Below are positions 16,482 through 24,993 of a DNA stretch of 38,577 nucleotides, piece after piece. Position numbers and translations under genes: made by a program. The DNA is taken from the NCBI GenBank assembly GCA_036985995.1, contig BTQS01000002.1:1-38577 (forward strand), read 5' to 3'. Under the pieces are notes generated by a model. It worked only from the letters and a program-made list of their open reading frames with translations, did not search any database and was not told the DNA's origin. The first letter of the stretch is position 1. Every line of letters starts with the position of its first letter. Source of the stretch: Acidimicrobiia bacterium (GTDB lineage: Bacteria; Actinomycetota; Acidimicrobiia; Spongiisociales; UBA5794).

Positions 16482-16817
16482 ATGCCGATGTCTGTATGGA
16501 CGCTGGCAACTGGAGTGGCGATGACAACCATCAGGACAACCTGTCAAGGCTGCGGAGACGTAGAGCTCTCCACGGCCGACATCGCACTCGAATTGACCGG
16601 TGCAGGGAACGCCGGTTCGTACCGGTTCTCCTGCCCGAGTTGTCTCGCAGTCCAGGTCCGCCCTGCAACCCGTAGAGTCGTCAGCATCCTGCTCGCGACC
16701 GGCGTGCACTACGAGATCACTCTTGCATCAGCGCCGATCACTGAGGTCGAGATCGCCGGTTTCGTCGAGATGCTCGACGAGGATGATTGGTTCGACAGAT
16801 TGACAGCCAACAGCTGA
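16482..16817 (+). CDS. Small CxxC...CxxC (zinc-ribbon-like) protein of unknown function
   Basis: Translation: ...MTTIRTTCQGCGDVELSTADIALELTGAGNAGSYRFSCPSCLAVQVRPATRRVVSILLATGVHYEI...DEDDWFDRLTANS. The start could be ATG 16482, 16488 or 16521. I recognise no family. Confidence 0.5.
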   Translation: MPMSVWTLATGVAMTTIRTTCQGCGDVELSTADIALELTGAGNAGSYRFSCPSCLAVQVRPATRRVVSILLATGVHYEITLASAPITEVEIAGFVEMLDEDDWFDRLTANS

Positions 16818-16887
16818 CAGCGGACAGGGCTCAAGAACACGTACTGCCCGAGACCTGAAGCCTGGCACCTGCCCTACCATCGCACCC

Positions 16888-17232
16888 ATGGGTTCTGTTG
16901 GATTCGGAGAGATCGCACTGATCGCCATCGTTGCTCTGCTGGTGTTCGGGCCTGAGCGACTCCCGGAGCTGTCAAAGAAGGTCGGAGAGCTGCTTGCAAA
17001 TACACGCGAGGCAACTCGGGCCTTCACCGATGCCATCGACAATGAATTCGATGACGCCTCGGCACCGATCCGTTCCCTGAAGGCCGAATACGACGCTACC
17101 AAGGACGAGCTCACAAGTGCCGCAGGAAGCGTGTTCGATCTCGATACGGTCATAGATCCTGCCAAACGGAGAACACGTCCTTCAACAGAAGCAGCACCAT
17201 CGGAAGAATCTGAACAAGAGGAATCCGAGTGA
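16888..17232 (+). CDS. tatA: Twin-arginine translocase subunit TatA/TatE family (long acidic tail)
   Basis: MGSVGFGEIALIAIVALLVFGPERLPELSKKVGELL is the canonical TatA/B TM helix plus hinge (FGP) plus amphipathic helix. Confidence 0.9.
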   Translation: MGSVGFGEIALIAIVALLVFGPERLPELSKKVGELLANTREATRAFTDAIDNEFDDASAPIRSLKAEYDATKDELTSAAGSVFDLDTVIDPAKRRTRPSTEAAPSEESEQEESE

Positions 17233-17357
17233 CGTCCGATCGTACGACGATGGGTGCTCAGCCGAGCGATCCTTTGACAGTGCTGATGCTCGCTGTTCCG
17301 CTGTATCTGCTCTACGAGTTGGCCATCCTTGCGATCCGATTCAATCTTCGGAAATGA
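17229..17357 (+). pseudogene. tatC: tatC remnant: 42 codons corresponding only to the last TM helix and C-terminus of TatC
   Basis: The GTG at 17229 overlaps the tatA stop (GTGA). Translation: VTSDRTTMGAQPSDPLTVLMLAVPLYLLYELAILAIRFNLRK*. Compare the E. coli TatC C-terminus, recalled from memory: [29 protein letters not shown]. The roughly 200-250 upstream codons of a normal tatC are absent, and helY starts 5 nt later. Confidence 0.6.
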
Positions 17358-17361
17358 CAGC

Positions 17362-19878
17362 ATGAGCACTGCGACGCTCGACGCGTTCCTGTCTGGACTG
17401 CCGTTTCTTCCGGATGGGTTCCAGTTGGAAGCGTTGCATTCTGTCGAACAGGGCCGTTCGGTGTTGGTTACGGCTCCAACCGGCGCGGGCAAGACACTTG
17501 TTGCCGATGGATCGATAGCGATCTGCGTCGCCGGGGGCGAGCGGGCCTTCTACACCACCCCGATCAAGGCGTTGTCGAATCAGAAGTTCAACGATCTATC
17601 CGCCGACCACGGCCGGGAGAACGTTGGACTGCTCACGGGAGACAACGTGATCAACGGTGACGCTCCGATCATCGTCATGACCACCGAAGTCCTGCGGAAC
17701 ATGATCTATGAGGGCTCGCCTGCTCTCGACGATCTCGGCCTCGTCATCCTCGACGAAGTCCACTACCTCTCCGATCGCCACCGCGGATCCGTATGGGAAG
17801 AGATCATCATCCACCTGCCGAAGCGCATCTCTCTCGTGTGCTTGTCTGCAACCATTGCCAATCCCGAAGAATTCACAGACTGGGTGCGCGAACGGCGCGG
17901 GCAATGCGACCTGGTCGTCGAAACAGAGCGCCCTGTTCCACTGACATCCATATACATGTGGCGAGATAGACACCGGGAGTCTCAGGTGGCGAGCATGCCG
18001 GTCTTCGGCAAGAACGGTCGTCCGAATGGCACGATCCGAAAGATGCTCCTGTCATCGAGAGGCAGACACAGGCGATTCTCGACTCCGCGCCGGGTTGCGG
18101 TCGTCCGTGAGCTGGACAGGAACGGGCTTCTGCCGTGCATCTATTTCGTCTTCTCGCGCAAGGGATGCGACCAGACCGCCCAAGAAATTGCCGACGCCGA
18201 CTTCGATTTCACGACGGTCTCCGAGCGCGCAGAGATTCGAGCTGTTGCGGAGCGACATGTCGCGCATCTCAGCACCGAGGATCTGACGGTTCTCGGTCAC
18301 GAACGATGGATCAACATCCTAGAAAATGGAGTGTCCTCCCATCACGCAGGTCTCATCCCCGCGTTCAAGGAGGCCGTCGAGGAACTGTTCCTCCGAGGTC
18401 TCGTGAAAGTCGTCGTTGCGACTGAGACGTTGGCCCTGGGAATCAACATGCCGGCCCGAACCGTGATTCTCGACTCGCTCAGCAAGTTCGATGGAGAGGG
18501 CCACGAACTGCTCAAACCGAGCGACTACACGCAGCTCACCGGCAGGGCCGGGCGGCGTGGAATCGACACGGAGGGTACGGCGGTCGTCCTGTTCAGCTCC
18601 TACATCCCCTTCGACAGGGTCACGACCATCGCCGCAAAGGGATCCAGTCCGCTGCACTCATCGTTCTCGCCGACGTACAACATGGCTGTGAACCTGGTCG
18701 CCAGATACGACAAGCGCACGGCACATGAACTCCTGGATGCATCGTTCGCGAACTTCTCGATCGAGCACAGGTCCGGGCAGCTTCAAAGCAATCTCGAGGA
18801 TCGGAGGGGCGATCTCGAGACCTTCCGAAAGGCTGCAGAGTGCGATCGCGGAGACATCTGGGAGAGCGATGACACCGGGCCGAACACCTTCAAACGGGAG
18901 CCAAACACGCAACTGCTGCAACCGGGTGCAGTGATCTCGGTTGCGAATCAGTCCCTGGTATTGCTCGGACGATCCTGGGGTGGTGGTCATCCAAAGCTCT
19001 CCCTCACGGGGGTGTCGGGAGAACGGCACCTTATCCGTACCCGAGATCTCCCTGCGAACGCACAAGTGTTGGGGGAGATCAAGCTCCCGACCCCCCAGCG
19101 CTCACAGGATCCCGTCTATCGGAGGGAAGTCGGTGCGATCCTCGAGACCTTCGTTCCAAAGGAGGAGCCCTCTGGCATCTTTCCCAGCAGCGAAGCAGAG
19201 GGGGTCTATGGTTGCCAGGACATCGACACACACCTCAAGTGGGCAGAAAGGGCCAAGCGCACCGAACGGGACATCAGGCGTCTCGAGCGGCGTATCGCGA
19301 AATCGAACACAAACGACATCAGCCTTGAATTCGACAATCTGATGAAGGTGCTCAACGCCACGGGCTACACAACCAACTGGTCCCTTTCATCACGGGGCGA
19401 ATCACTCAGACGCTTGTACAACGAACTCGATCTCCTGCTCGCTGAAGCGCTTCGCACCGGTGTGTTCTCTGGATCGTCGGCTGCAGAATTCGCGGCGCTC
19501 ATATCGATGTTCACCTATCAGGCAAGGGGAGGGAAAGCATCTGAGATCCCGCGGGCATCCTTCGCTGCCGAATCCATCACGGATGTGACGGCACTCGCCG
19601 AACAGATTTCAGAGCGCGAGCGGCACGTCGGCCTTGTGGAAACTCGCTATCCCGACTTCGGCCTCGTCGACTCGATGTATGCATGGGCGTCCGGTCTCGA
19701 GCTCGTGGAGATTTTCGACACGGACGACCTTCGAGCCGGCGATTTCGTCCGTTCAGCACGACAGCTGCTCGACCTCCTGCGCCAGATCCGGGACGGCTTC
19801 AGCGCCTACCGCGTTGTTGCCGCTGAAGCCATCAAGCTCGTTGACCGTGGCATCGTCGAGGCAGGGGCACCCCGATGA
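17362..19878 (+). CDS. helY: Ski2-like DEAD/DEAH-box RNA helicase HelY
   Basis: Motifs: VLVTAPTGAGKT (motif I), ILDEVHYL (DEVH box), SATI, SSHHAGL, VVATETLALGINMPAR and QLTGRAGRRGID. A long C-terminal Ski2/DSHCT-like region follows. The gene lies after tatA/tatC as in mycobacteria. The start is the ATG at 17362 (MSTATLDAF). Confidence 0.9.
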   Translation: MSTATLDAFLSGLPFLPDGFQLEALHSVEQGRSVLVTAPTGAGKTLVADGSIAICVAGGERAFYTTPIKALSNQKFNDLSADHGRENVGLLTGDNVINGDAPIIVMTTEVLRNMIYEGSPALDDLGLVILDEVHYLSDRHRGSVWEEIIIHLPKRISLVCLSATIANPEEFTDWVRERRGQCDLVVETERPVPLTSIYMWRDRHRESQVASMPVFGKNGRPNGTIRKMLLSSRGRHRRFSTPRRVAVVRELDRNGLLPCIYFVFSRKGCDQTAQEIADADFDFTTVSERAEIRAVAERHVAHLSTEDLTVLGHERWINILENGVSSHHAGLIPAFKEAVEELFLRGLVKVVVATETLALGINMPARTVILDSLSKFDGEGHELLKPSDYTQLTGRAGRRGIDTEGTAVVLFSSYIPFDRVTTIAAKGSSPLHSSFSPTYNMAVNLVARYDKRTAHELLDASFANFSIEHRSGQLQSNLEDRRGDLETFRKAAECDRGDIWESDDTGPNTFKREPNTQLLQPGAVISVANQSLVLLGRSWGGGHPKLSLTGVSGERHLIRTRDLPANAQVLGEIKLPTPQRSQDPVYRREVGAILETFVPKEEPSGIFPSSEAEGVYGCQDIDTHLKWAERAKRTERDIRRLERRIAKSNTNDISLEFDNLMKVLNATGYTTNWSLSSRGESLRRLYNELDLLLAEALRTGVFSGSSAAEFAALISMFTYQARGGKASEIPRASFAAESITDVTALAEQISERERHVGLVETRYPDFGLVDSMYAWASGLELVEIFDTDDLRAGDFVRSARQLLDLLRQIRDGFSAYRVVAAEAIKLVDRGIVEAGAPR

Positions 19879-20756
19879 CCTGGTTCGGTGTGGTAAACCC
19901 GTTCGCGGGGAATAGCGGATCTCCATACGATGATGTCCTTGCGGTTTCAACCCGGATGGAACTGGATGCAACCTTCGTCGAGTCGACTTCGGGTGACGAC
20001 GTTTCCTATCTCATATCGGACGCCTTCGGAAAAGGGAGTCGCCGATTCATTTCGGTCGGTGGTGATGGAACCGCGCACCTCGTGTTGAACGCGCTCATGA
20101 ACCAGGGAGGGGAGGGTCGGTGCACCCTCGCGATCATTCCCGCAGGATCCGGGAGCGACTTCACTCGAACCTTCGGACATGAGCGCGGTATCGAGCCGGG
20201 TTTGGCCAGGGTGGCTGATGGCGATCTATACAAAGTCGACATCGGACAAGTCACGGGTTCGTTCGGAAGTCGCTATTTCCTCAATGCTCTCAACGTCGGC
20301 GTCGCTGCAGCATCGGCTGCAACCGCGGATCGCTTCCCTCGCTGGACCGGATCGGCCCGTTACAGGACTGCGTTCTGGATAGCGCTCTGGCGATTCAAGA
20401 CCGGGCCTGTGATCGCGACGATCGATAGGCACCGTTTCGACGGTGATGCGATCAACGTCGTGGTGGCAAATGGACAATTCTTCGGTGGTGGCCTCAACAT
20501 TGCACCGAGGGCAACGCTCACGGATGGGAAGATGGATGTGCAGGTGTTCCGTGGACCCAGACGAGAGGCATTCTCCGTGATGCCACGGATTCTCATGGGA
20601 TCCCACCTCACTCACCGGGCGGTTCAGCGTTACTCGGGATCGACCATCCGTATCGAAGTTCCTGATGCATGGCCTGTGGAGGCAGACGGTGAGATGATCG
20701 GCACTGGAACCATCGACATCGCCGTTCTGCCGGCGGCAATCGATTTCGTCATCTAA
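19875..20756 (+). CDS. Diacylglycerol/lipid kinase family protein (YegS/BmrU-like)
   Basis: Translation: ...RFISVGGDGTAHLVLNALM...LAIIPAGSGSDFTRTFG...EADGEMIG. ATGA overlap with the helY stop. Confidence 0.85.
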   Translation: MTWFGVVNPFAGNSGSPYDDVLAVSTRMELDATFVESTSGDDVSYLISDAFGKGSRRFISVGGDGTAHLVLNALMNQGGEGRCTLAIIPAGSGSDFTRTFGHERGIEPGLARVADGDLYKVDIGQVTGSFGSRYFLNALNVGVAAASAATADRFPRWTGSARYRTAFWIALWRFKTGPVIATIDRHRFDGDAINVVVANGQFFGGGLNIAPRATLTDGKMDVQVFRGPRREAFSVMPRILMGSHLTHRAVQRYSGSTIRIEVPDAWPVEADGEMIGTGTIDIAVLPAAIDFVI

Positions 20757-20786
20757 TGCTCCGATCTCCCGACATCGAGAAACAGA

Positions 20787-20814
20787 TTGAACTGCGTCAC
20801 GATTTCGGTATGCT
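20787..20814 (+). promoter_or_regulatory. Candidate promoter of the DUF4193 gene (TTGAAC-16 nt-TATGCT)
   Basis: TTGAAC at 20787-20792, a 16-nt spacer, then TATGCT at 20809-20814. AAGGAG lies at 20825-20830 and the ATG at 20844. Confidence 0.35.
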
Positions 20815-20843
20815 CCGCGCCCAGAAGGAGAACCGAGAAGCGC

Positions 20844-21221
20844 ATGAGCAGCGAGAACCTTGAAGAACTCGAAGACGCCGACAAGATCGAAGACGCCGTA
20901 GTGATCGAAGACCTCGCTGTAGGGGATGCCGGTGACTCAGATACCGCTTCCCCGCAAGACGAATCCGACAAAACAGAGGCCCTCGACGAGCTCGAAGCCG
21001 AAGAGCTCGAGATGCTGACAGAGGACGAGTCGAACGAGACCATCGTCGTCGATGAGGCAGCGGAGATGCGCGCGATCCGCCGAGCCGAAATCGCGATGGA
21101 AGCAGGTGAGGTCGATGAGGCAGCGTCCGATGAGTTCGTGTGCACGAGCTGCTTCCTCGTGAAGCGTCGGAACCAACTCGCCGCTAAGCGCAAGAAGATC
21201 TGCCTCGACTGTGCCTCTTGA
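20844..21221 (+). CDS. DUF4193 family protein (acidic N-terminus, C-terminal CxxC...CxxC)
   Basis: An acidic tract is followed by ...DEFVCTSCFLVKRRNQLAAKRKKICLDCAS*, the characteristic DUF4193 C-terminus as I remember it. Confidence 0.8.
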   Translation: MSSENLEELEDADKIEDAVVIEDLAVGDAGDSDTASPQDESDKTEALDELEAEELEMLTEDESNETIVVDEAAEMRAIRRAEIAMEAGEVDEAASDEFVCTSCFLVKRRNQLAAKRKKICLDCAS

Positions 21222-21321
21222 CAGCTTTCAGGTGTCTGGGTACAGATGTCAGAGGATGGAAGACACGTAGGAAGCTGGGTTCGGACTCAAGCCGCATGGT
21301 GCGTGCGCCGAAGCTCTTTGT

Positions 21322-22053
21322 ATGGAACACTTTGGCATGCGCACCCTCGTAATCGTCCCTACCTACAACGAAATCGAGAACATCGAGGCCATCGTCGCAG
21401 CAGTACGGGACCTCGGATACGACATCCTCATTGTCGACGATGGATCTCCCGACGGCACCGGTGAGATGGCCGACGCACTCTCGGCCCCGGATCCCGGAGT
21501 CCTGGTGATCCACCGGGAAGAGAAAACGGGGCTCGGGCCGGCGTACGCCGCAGGCTTCAAACACGGTCTCAGCCTCGGATACGAAATCCTCTGCGAAATG
21601 GACGCGGACTTCTCCCATGATCCGGCGGACCTGCCGAGGCTTGTTGCCGCGGTTGAATCCGGGGCCGACCTCGCCGTTGGATCTCGTTACGTACCCGGTG
21701 GAGGCACGCAGGGCTGGCCCTGGTACAGGGAGGCTGTATCAAGGGCTGGCAACGTCTACGCCTCTGTCATGCTCGGTCTCTCGATCAAGGACGCCACAGC
21801 CGGCTTCCGAGCGATTCGCGACACAACACTCCGAAAGGTCGATCCGTCCTCGTGCCAGGCATCCGGGTACGGATTTCAGGTTGAGATGGCCTGGAGGACT
21901 GAGCAAGCAGGGCTCGAGATCGTGGAGGTCCCGATCACGTTCAAGGACCGCTTGTACGGCGAGTCGAAGATGAACGCGATGATCGCCGTCGAAGCAATGG
22001 GACTCGTGACCCGCTGGGGTATCGCGAGTCGATTCTCAAACCGTCGGATCTGA
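21322..22053 (+). CDS. ppm1: Polyprenol-monophosphomannose synthase (GT2; Ppm1 catalytic domain-like)
   Basis: Translation: MRTLVIVPTYNEIENIEAIV...ILIVDDGSPDGTGEMA...REEKTGLGPAYAAGF...CEMDADFSHDP...VGSRYVPGG. The start is ATG 21322 or 21337. Confidence 0.85.
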   Translation: MEHFGMRTLVIVPTYNEIENIEAIVAAVRDLGYDILIVDDGSPDGTGEMADALSAPDPGVLVIHREEKTGLGPAYAAGFKHGLSLGYEILCEMDADFSHDPADLPRLVAAVESGADLAVGSRYVPGGGTQGWPWYREAVSRAGNVYASVMLGLSIKDATAGFRAIRDTTLRKVDPSSCQASGYGFQVEMAWRTEQAGLEIVEVPITFKDRLYGESKMNAMIAVEAMGLVTRWGIASRFSNRRI

Positions 22054-22097
22054 GCTCAACACTCTCCTAGGCACATTGGGTAGCTACGCTCGCCATC

Positions 22098-22589
22098 ATG
22101 AACCTCTCCGCTCGACCAGCAGTCAACGGTGACGTGATCCGACTCGTGTCGCTCTACCGGGAGATGGAACAGGAGCAGACGCTCCGCAAGCCGATTTGGG
22201 CGCTCACCGATGGACTCGACGAACGCTTCGACATGTCCCTGTTCCGGGCGATCGAAGAGCCACACTCCATTCTCCACGTCGGAACGATCGATGGTGCCAT
22301 CGTCGGATTCGTTTGGGCAACCATCGAACCAATGCTCGACAGGGCCCAAGGCTCGCACATCGGACGAATACGCCTCATCTTTACAGAACCTGATGCGAGG
22401 GGGGTCGGTGTCGGACACACGATGCTCACCGAGATGACCCGAATACTCAGAATTCGTGGTGTGTGTCACTTCGACGCACCCGTCGGACCTGGCCAGCGGG
22501 CCGCCAAGAACTTCTTCGAGTCTCACGGATTCGCAGCTCGATCGATCATCATGCACTCCGCCGACGGACCCGACCGCGACGATGAATGA
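22098..22589 (+). CDS. GNAT family N-acetyltransferase
   Basis: 163 aa. The acetyl-CoA binding motif region is IFTEPDARGVGVGHTMLTEM...NFFESHGF. Confidence 0.8.
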   Translation: MNLSARPAVNGDVIRLVSLYREMEQEQTLRKPIWALTDGLDERFDMSLFRAIEEPHSILHVGTIDGAIVGFVWATIEPMLDRAQGSHIGRIRLIFTEPDARGVGVGHTMLTEMTRILRIRGVCHFDAPVGPGQRAAKNFFESHGFAARSIIMHSADGPDRDDE

Positions 22590-23943
22590 TGCCCCAGATG
22601 CCATCGAGGCGGTGAGCCTGCTTGTTGACATGATCATGAATGCGTGTGTCAACACGGGCGATCCGGACTCAGGAAACGAGATACGGTCCGTACGGACGAT
22701 CCAGGATTTTCTCGGCGAGACCGGTACCGTCGTGGAGCCGATGCCGACAAGGGCGTCTGTCATCTACCGTATCGTCGGAACCGACCGCACAGCGCCCAAG
22801 CTACTCATGATTCCGCACCTCGACGTTGTTCCAGCGAACGCCGCTGACTGGAGCCACGATCCCTTCGGCGCCGTGAGGCAGAACGGATTCGTGTGGGGGA
22901 GGGGAGCCGTGGACATGTTGAATGTCACCGCGGCCATGGTCGTCGTATATCGGTGGCTCAGAGACGGGGTGGTTGCGCCTCCCGCCGGCGATGTGATCCT
23001 TGCTTGTGTCGCCGACGAAGAGGCCGGTGGCGTTCACGGAGCAAAGTACCTCGTGGAGAACCGCTGGGATCTCGTCGCATGCGACTACGTGCTCACCGAA
23101 GTAGCCGGTCCGACACTCGGAAACGCTCCTGATGCTTCGCTGCCCGTGACGATTGCTGAGAAGGGCCCCTTCTGGCGTTCAGTGACAGCGAAGGGAACGG
23201 CCGGCCACGGAAGTCAGCCTTATGGGCGGTCGAATGCGGTGCTGACACTGGCTGAGGCGTTTTCGAGGATTGGAGCAACGCAGCAGCCCGTGAGCATCAC
23301 CGATGCATGGGTCAGATTCGTACCACATCTCGACTTGGACGAGACTACGGCCGGGATGCTGATCGATTCCGATACGGTCGATGCAGCCATCCACCTCGTC
23401 GCAGAGACCGACCCGACCCTGGCGCGATGGATCCATGCTTGCACGCACATGACGCTGTCACCCAATGTGTTGAGCGGTGGGACCAAGGTGAACATGATCC
23501 CAGACGACGCCATGGGAGATCTCGACATCCGATTGCTTCCGGGCCAGGATCAGACCGACGTCGATGACCATCTACGGAAAGTGCTCGGACCAGAGCTCTT
23601 CGACGAAATCGAGTTCTCGCCGATTCTCGACATGAGGGCCAACAGCTCTCCTGCAGATGGTCCGCTCTGGGAGGCGATCGCTGACGCAGCCGAAACGCAC
23701 CTCGGGACGAGGAAACTCGCACCCACACTCACCCCTGTGACGACTGACGCGAGGTTCTTCCGCGAACGCGGCATCCCGGCGTACGGTGTTGGGTTGTTCG
23801 ACGACTCGGTGACGTTTCCAGAGATGCTGGCCATGTTCCATGGTGTCGACGAGAAGGTATCTGAGCGATCCGTCATGGACACGACGAGGTTCCTCGCGTC
23901 CGTTGTTTCCGCGTTCTCAGAACGTGTCTCGTTCACCGCGTAG
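22582..23943 (+). CDS. M20/M25/M40 family metallopeptidase (ArgE/DapE/CPG2-like)
   Basis: Translation: MNDAPDAIEAVSLLVDMI...LLMIPHLDVVPA...DPFGAV...GFVWGRGAVDMLN...LACVADEEAGG...FHGVDEKV. The ATG at 22582 overlaps the GNAT stop by 8 nt. The longer track ORF (from 22456) overlaps GNAT out of frame. Confidence 0.85.
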   Translation: MNDAPDAIEAVSLLVDMIMNACVNTGDPDSGNEIRSVRTIQDFLGETGTVVEPMPTRASVIYRIVGTDRTAPKLLMIPHLDVVPANAADWSHDPFGAVRQNGFVWGRGAVDMLNVTAAMVVVYRWLRDGVVAPPAGDVILACVADEEAGGVHGAKYLVENRWDLVACDYVLTEVAGPTLGNAPDASLPVTIAEKGPFWRSVTAKGTAGHGSQPYGRSNAVLTLAEAFSRIGATQQPVSITDAWVRFVPHLDLDETTAGMLIDSDTVDAAIHLVAETDPTLARWIHACTHMTLSPNVLSGGTKVNMIPDDAMGDLDIRLLPGQDQTDVDDHLRKVLGPELFDEIEFSPILDMRANSSPADGPLWEAIADAAETHLGTRKLAPTLTPVTTDARFFRERGIPAYGVGLFDDSVTFPEMLAMFHGVDEKVSERSVMDTTRFLASVVSAFSERVSFTA

Positions 23944-24993
23944 GGTACCCACGAGGCCAACGGCGAGTTTCGGGCTGAAATAGGTTGCCTTGTGGGGCAG
24001 TATCCGTCCCCGTTCGGCTTCATCAACGATCTGATCGATCGACATCGGACCCATGATCGCTGCGGCGGCTGCGCCACGCTCCAGCTCGCGCAATGCGTCT
24101 TCCTCGTGGGTTGCAACTCCGCCAATGGACAAACCGAGCGCCGGTGCAACATGACGTTCCAGAACCGCTGCGCTCACAAGCGACGGAAACCGCGGGACGG
24201 CAAGCCATGCATCACTGTCTGTCACGATTCCGACAGCGCCCTGGGGCACGGGATCCCGGACGACGTACGGACGGATATCAATGTCGGAATTCGACTCCGG
24301 TCGCTGCGGCACCGTACCGGCGAGCACCCGATGCTGAGGATGAACCAGCGGACCAGCATCAACGGAGTCGACGATCATGACGAGTGCGAGCGGGCGCTGG
24401 TTCGTACTTCTGGCATGTTCGACGATCGCCTTCACGCGATGATGACCGTCTGCGATCACGAGGCTGCTGGCCTCAGGAGGGAAAGGCCGTTCGAGGCCGC
24501 TCGGATCGATTGCCACGACACTGTGGGTCTCCGCTTCGTATTGCACCGATCGCAGCGAGGCGGTGCTGTCACTCGACAGCCCTGTTCCGGCCCGTGTGAC
24601 CAGGAGCACGGGCTCGAACATGGCTCCAGCACGCTCGAGGTCTGCCCTCCTCGCAGCGACCAGCGAAGGGGTAGTCGCTTCGTGTGGGAGGGGGGTGGTC
24701 TCATCGAGATCCAAGACGCCCACGATGCCTGCCAACAGTTCTTGGTTCGACGCGTGCACCGTGTATCGAACAAACACCGGCTCGGTTCCACGGCGAACGG
24801 TCCCATCTTGCAGCCATCGATGGATACGATGGTCGGACGGCTGGAAGGCACCGGGCATGTCTGGCGCATACAGACGATCGACGCTCACGGGGTTACCGTT
24901 CGTCCGGTCACGGTCAGAAGACAATCGCGATGGTTCTCCGAATGCGGCCACGGCTTCATCGGAGTACAACAGCGGATGGAATGGATAGAGCAT
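23917..24993 (-). CDS. DUF1015 family protein
   Basis: Translation: MLYPFHPLLY...VIADGHHRVKA... The ADGHHR motif is typical of DUF1015. The start is ATG 24993, with alternatives at 25002 and 25029. The 3' end overlaps the M20 gene by 27 nt, convergently. Confidence 0.75.
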   Translation of the reverse strand: MLYPFHPLLYSDEAVAAFGEPSRLSSDRDRTNGNPVSVDRLYAPDMPGAFQPSDHRIHRWLQDGTVRRGTEPVFVRYTVHASNQELLAGIVGVLDLDETTPLPHEATTPSLVAARRADLERAGAMFEPVLLVTRAGTGLSSDSTASLRSVQYEAETHSVVAIDPSGLERPFPPEASSLVIADGHHRVKAIVEHARSTNQRPLALVMIVDSVDAGPLVHPQHRVLAGTVPQRPESNSDIDIRPYVVRDPVPQGAVGIVTDSDAWLAVPRFPSLVSAAVLERHVAPALGLSIGGVATHEEDALRELERGAAAAAIMGPMSIDQIVDEAERGRILPHKATYFSPKLAVGLVGTLRGERDTF

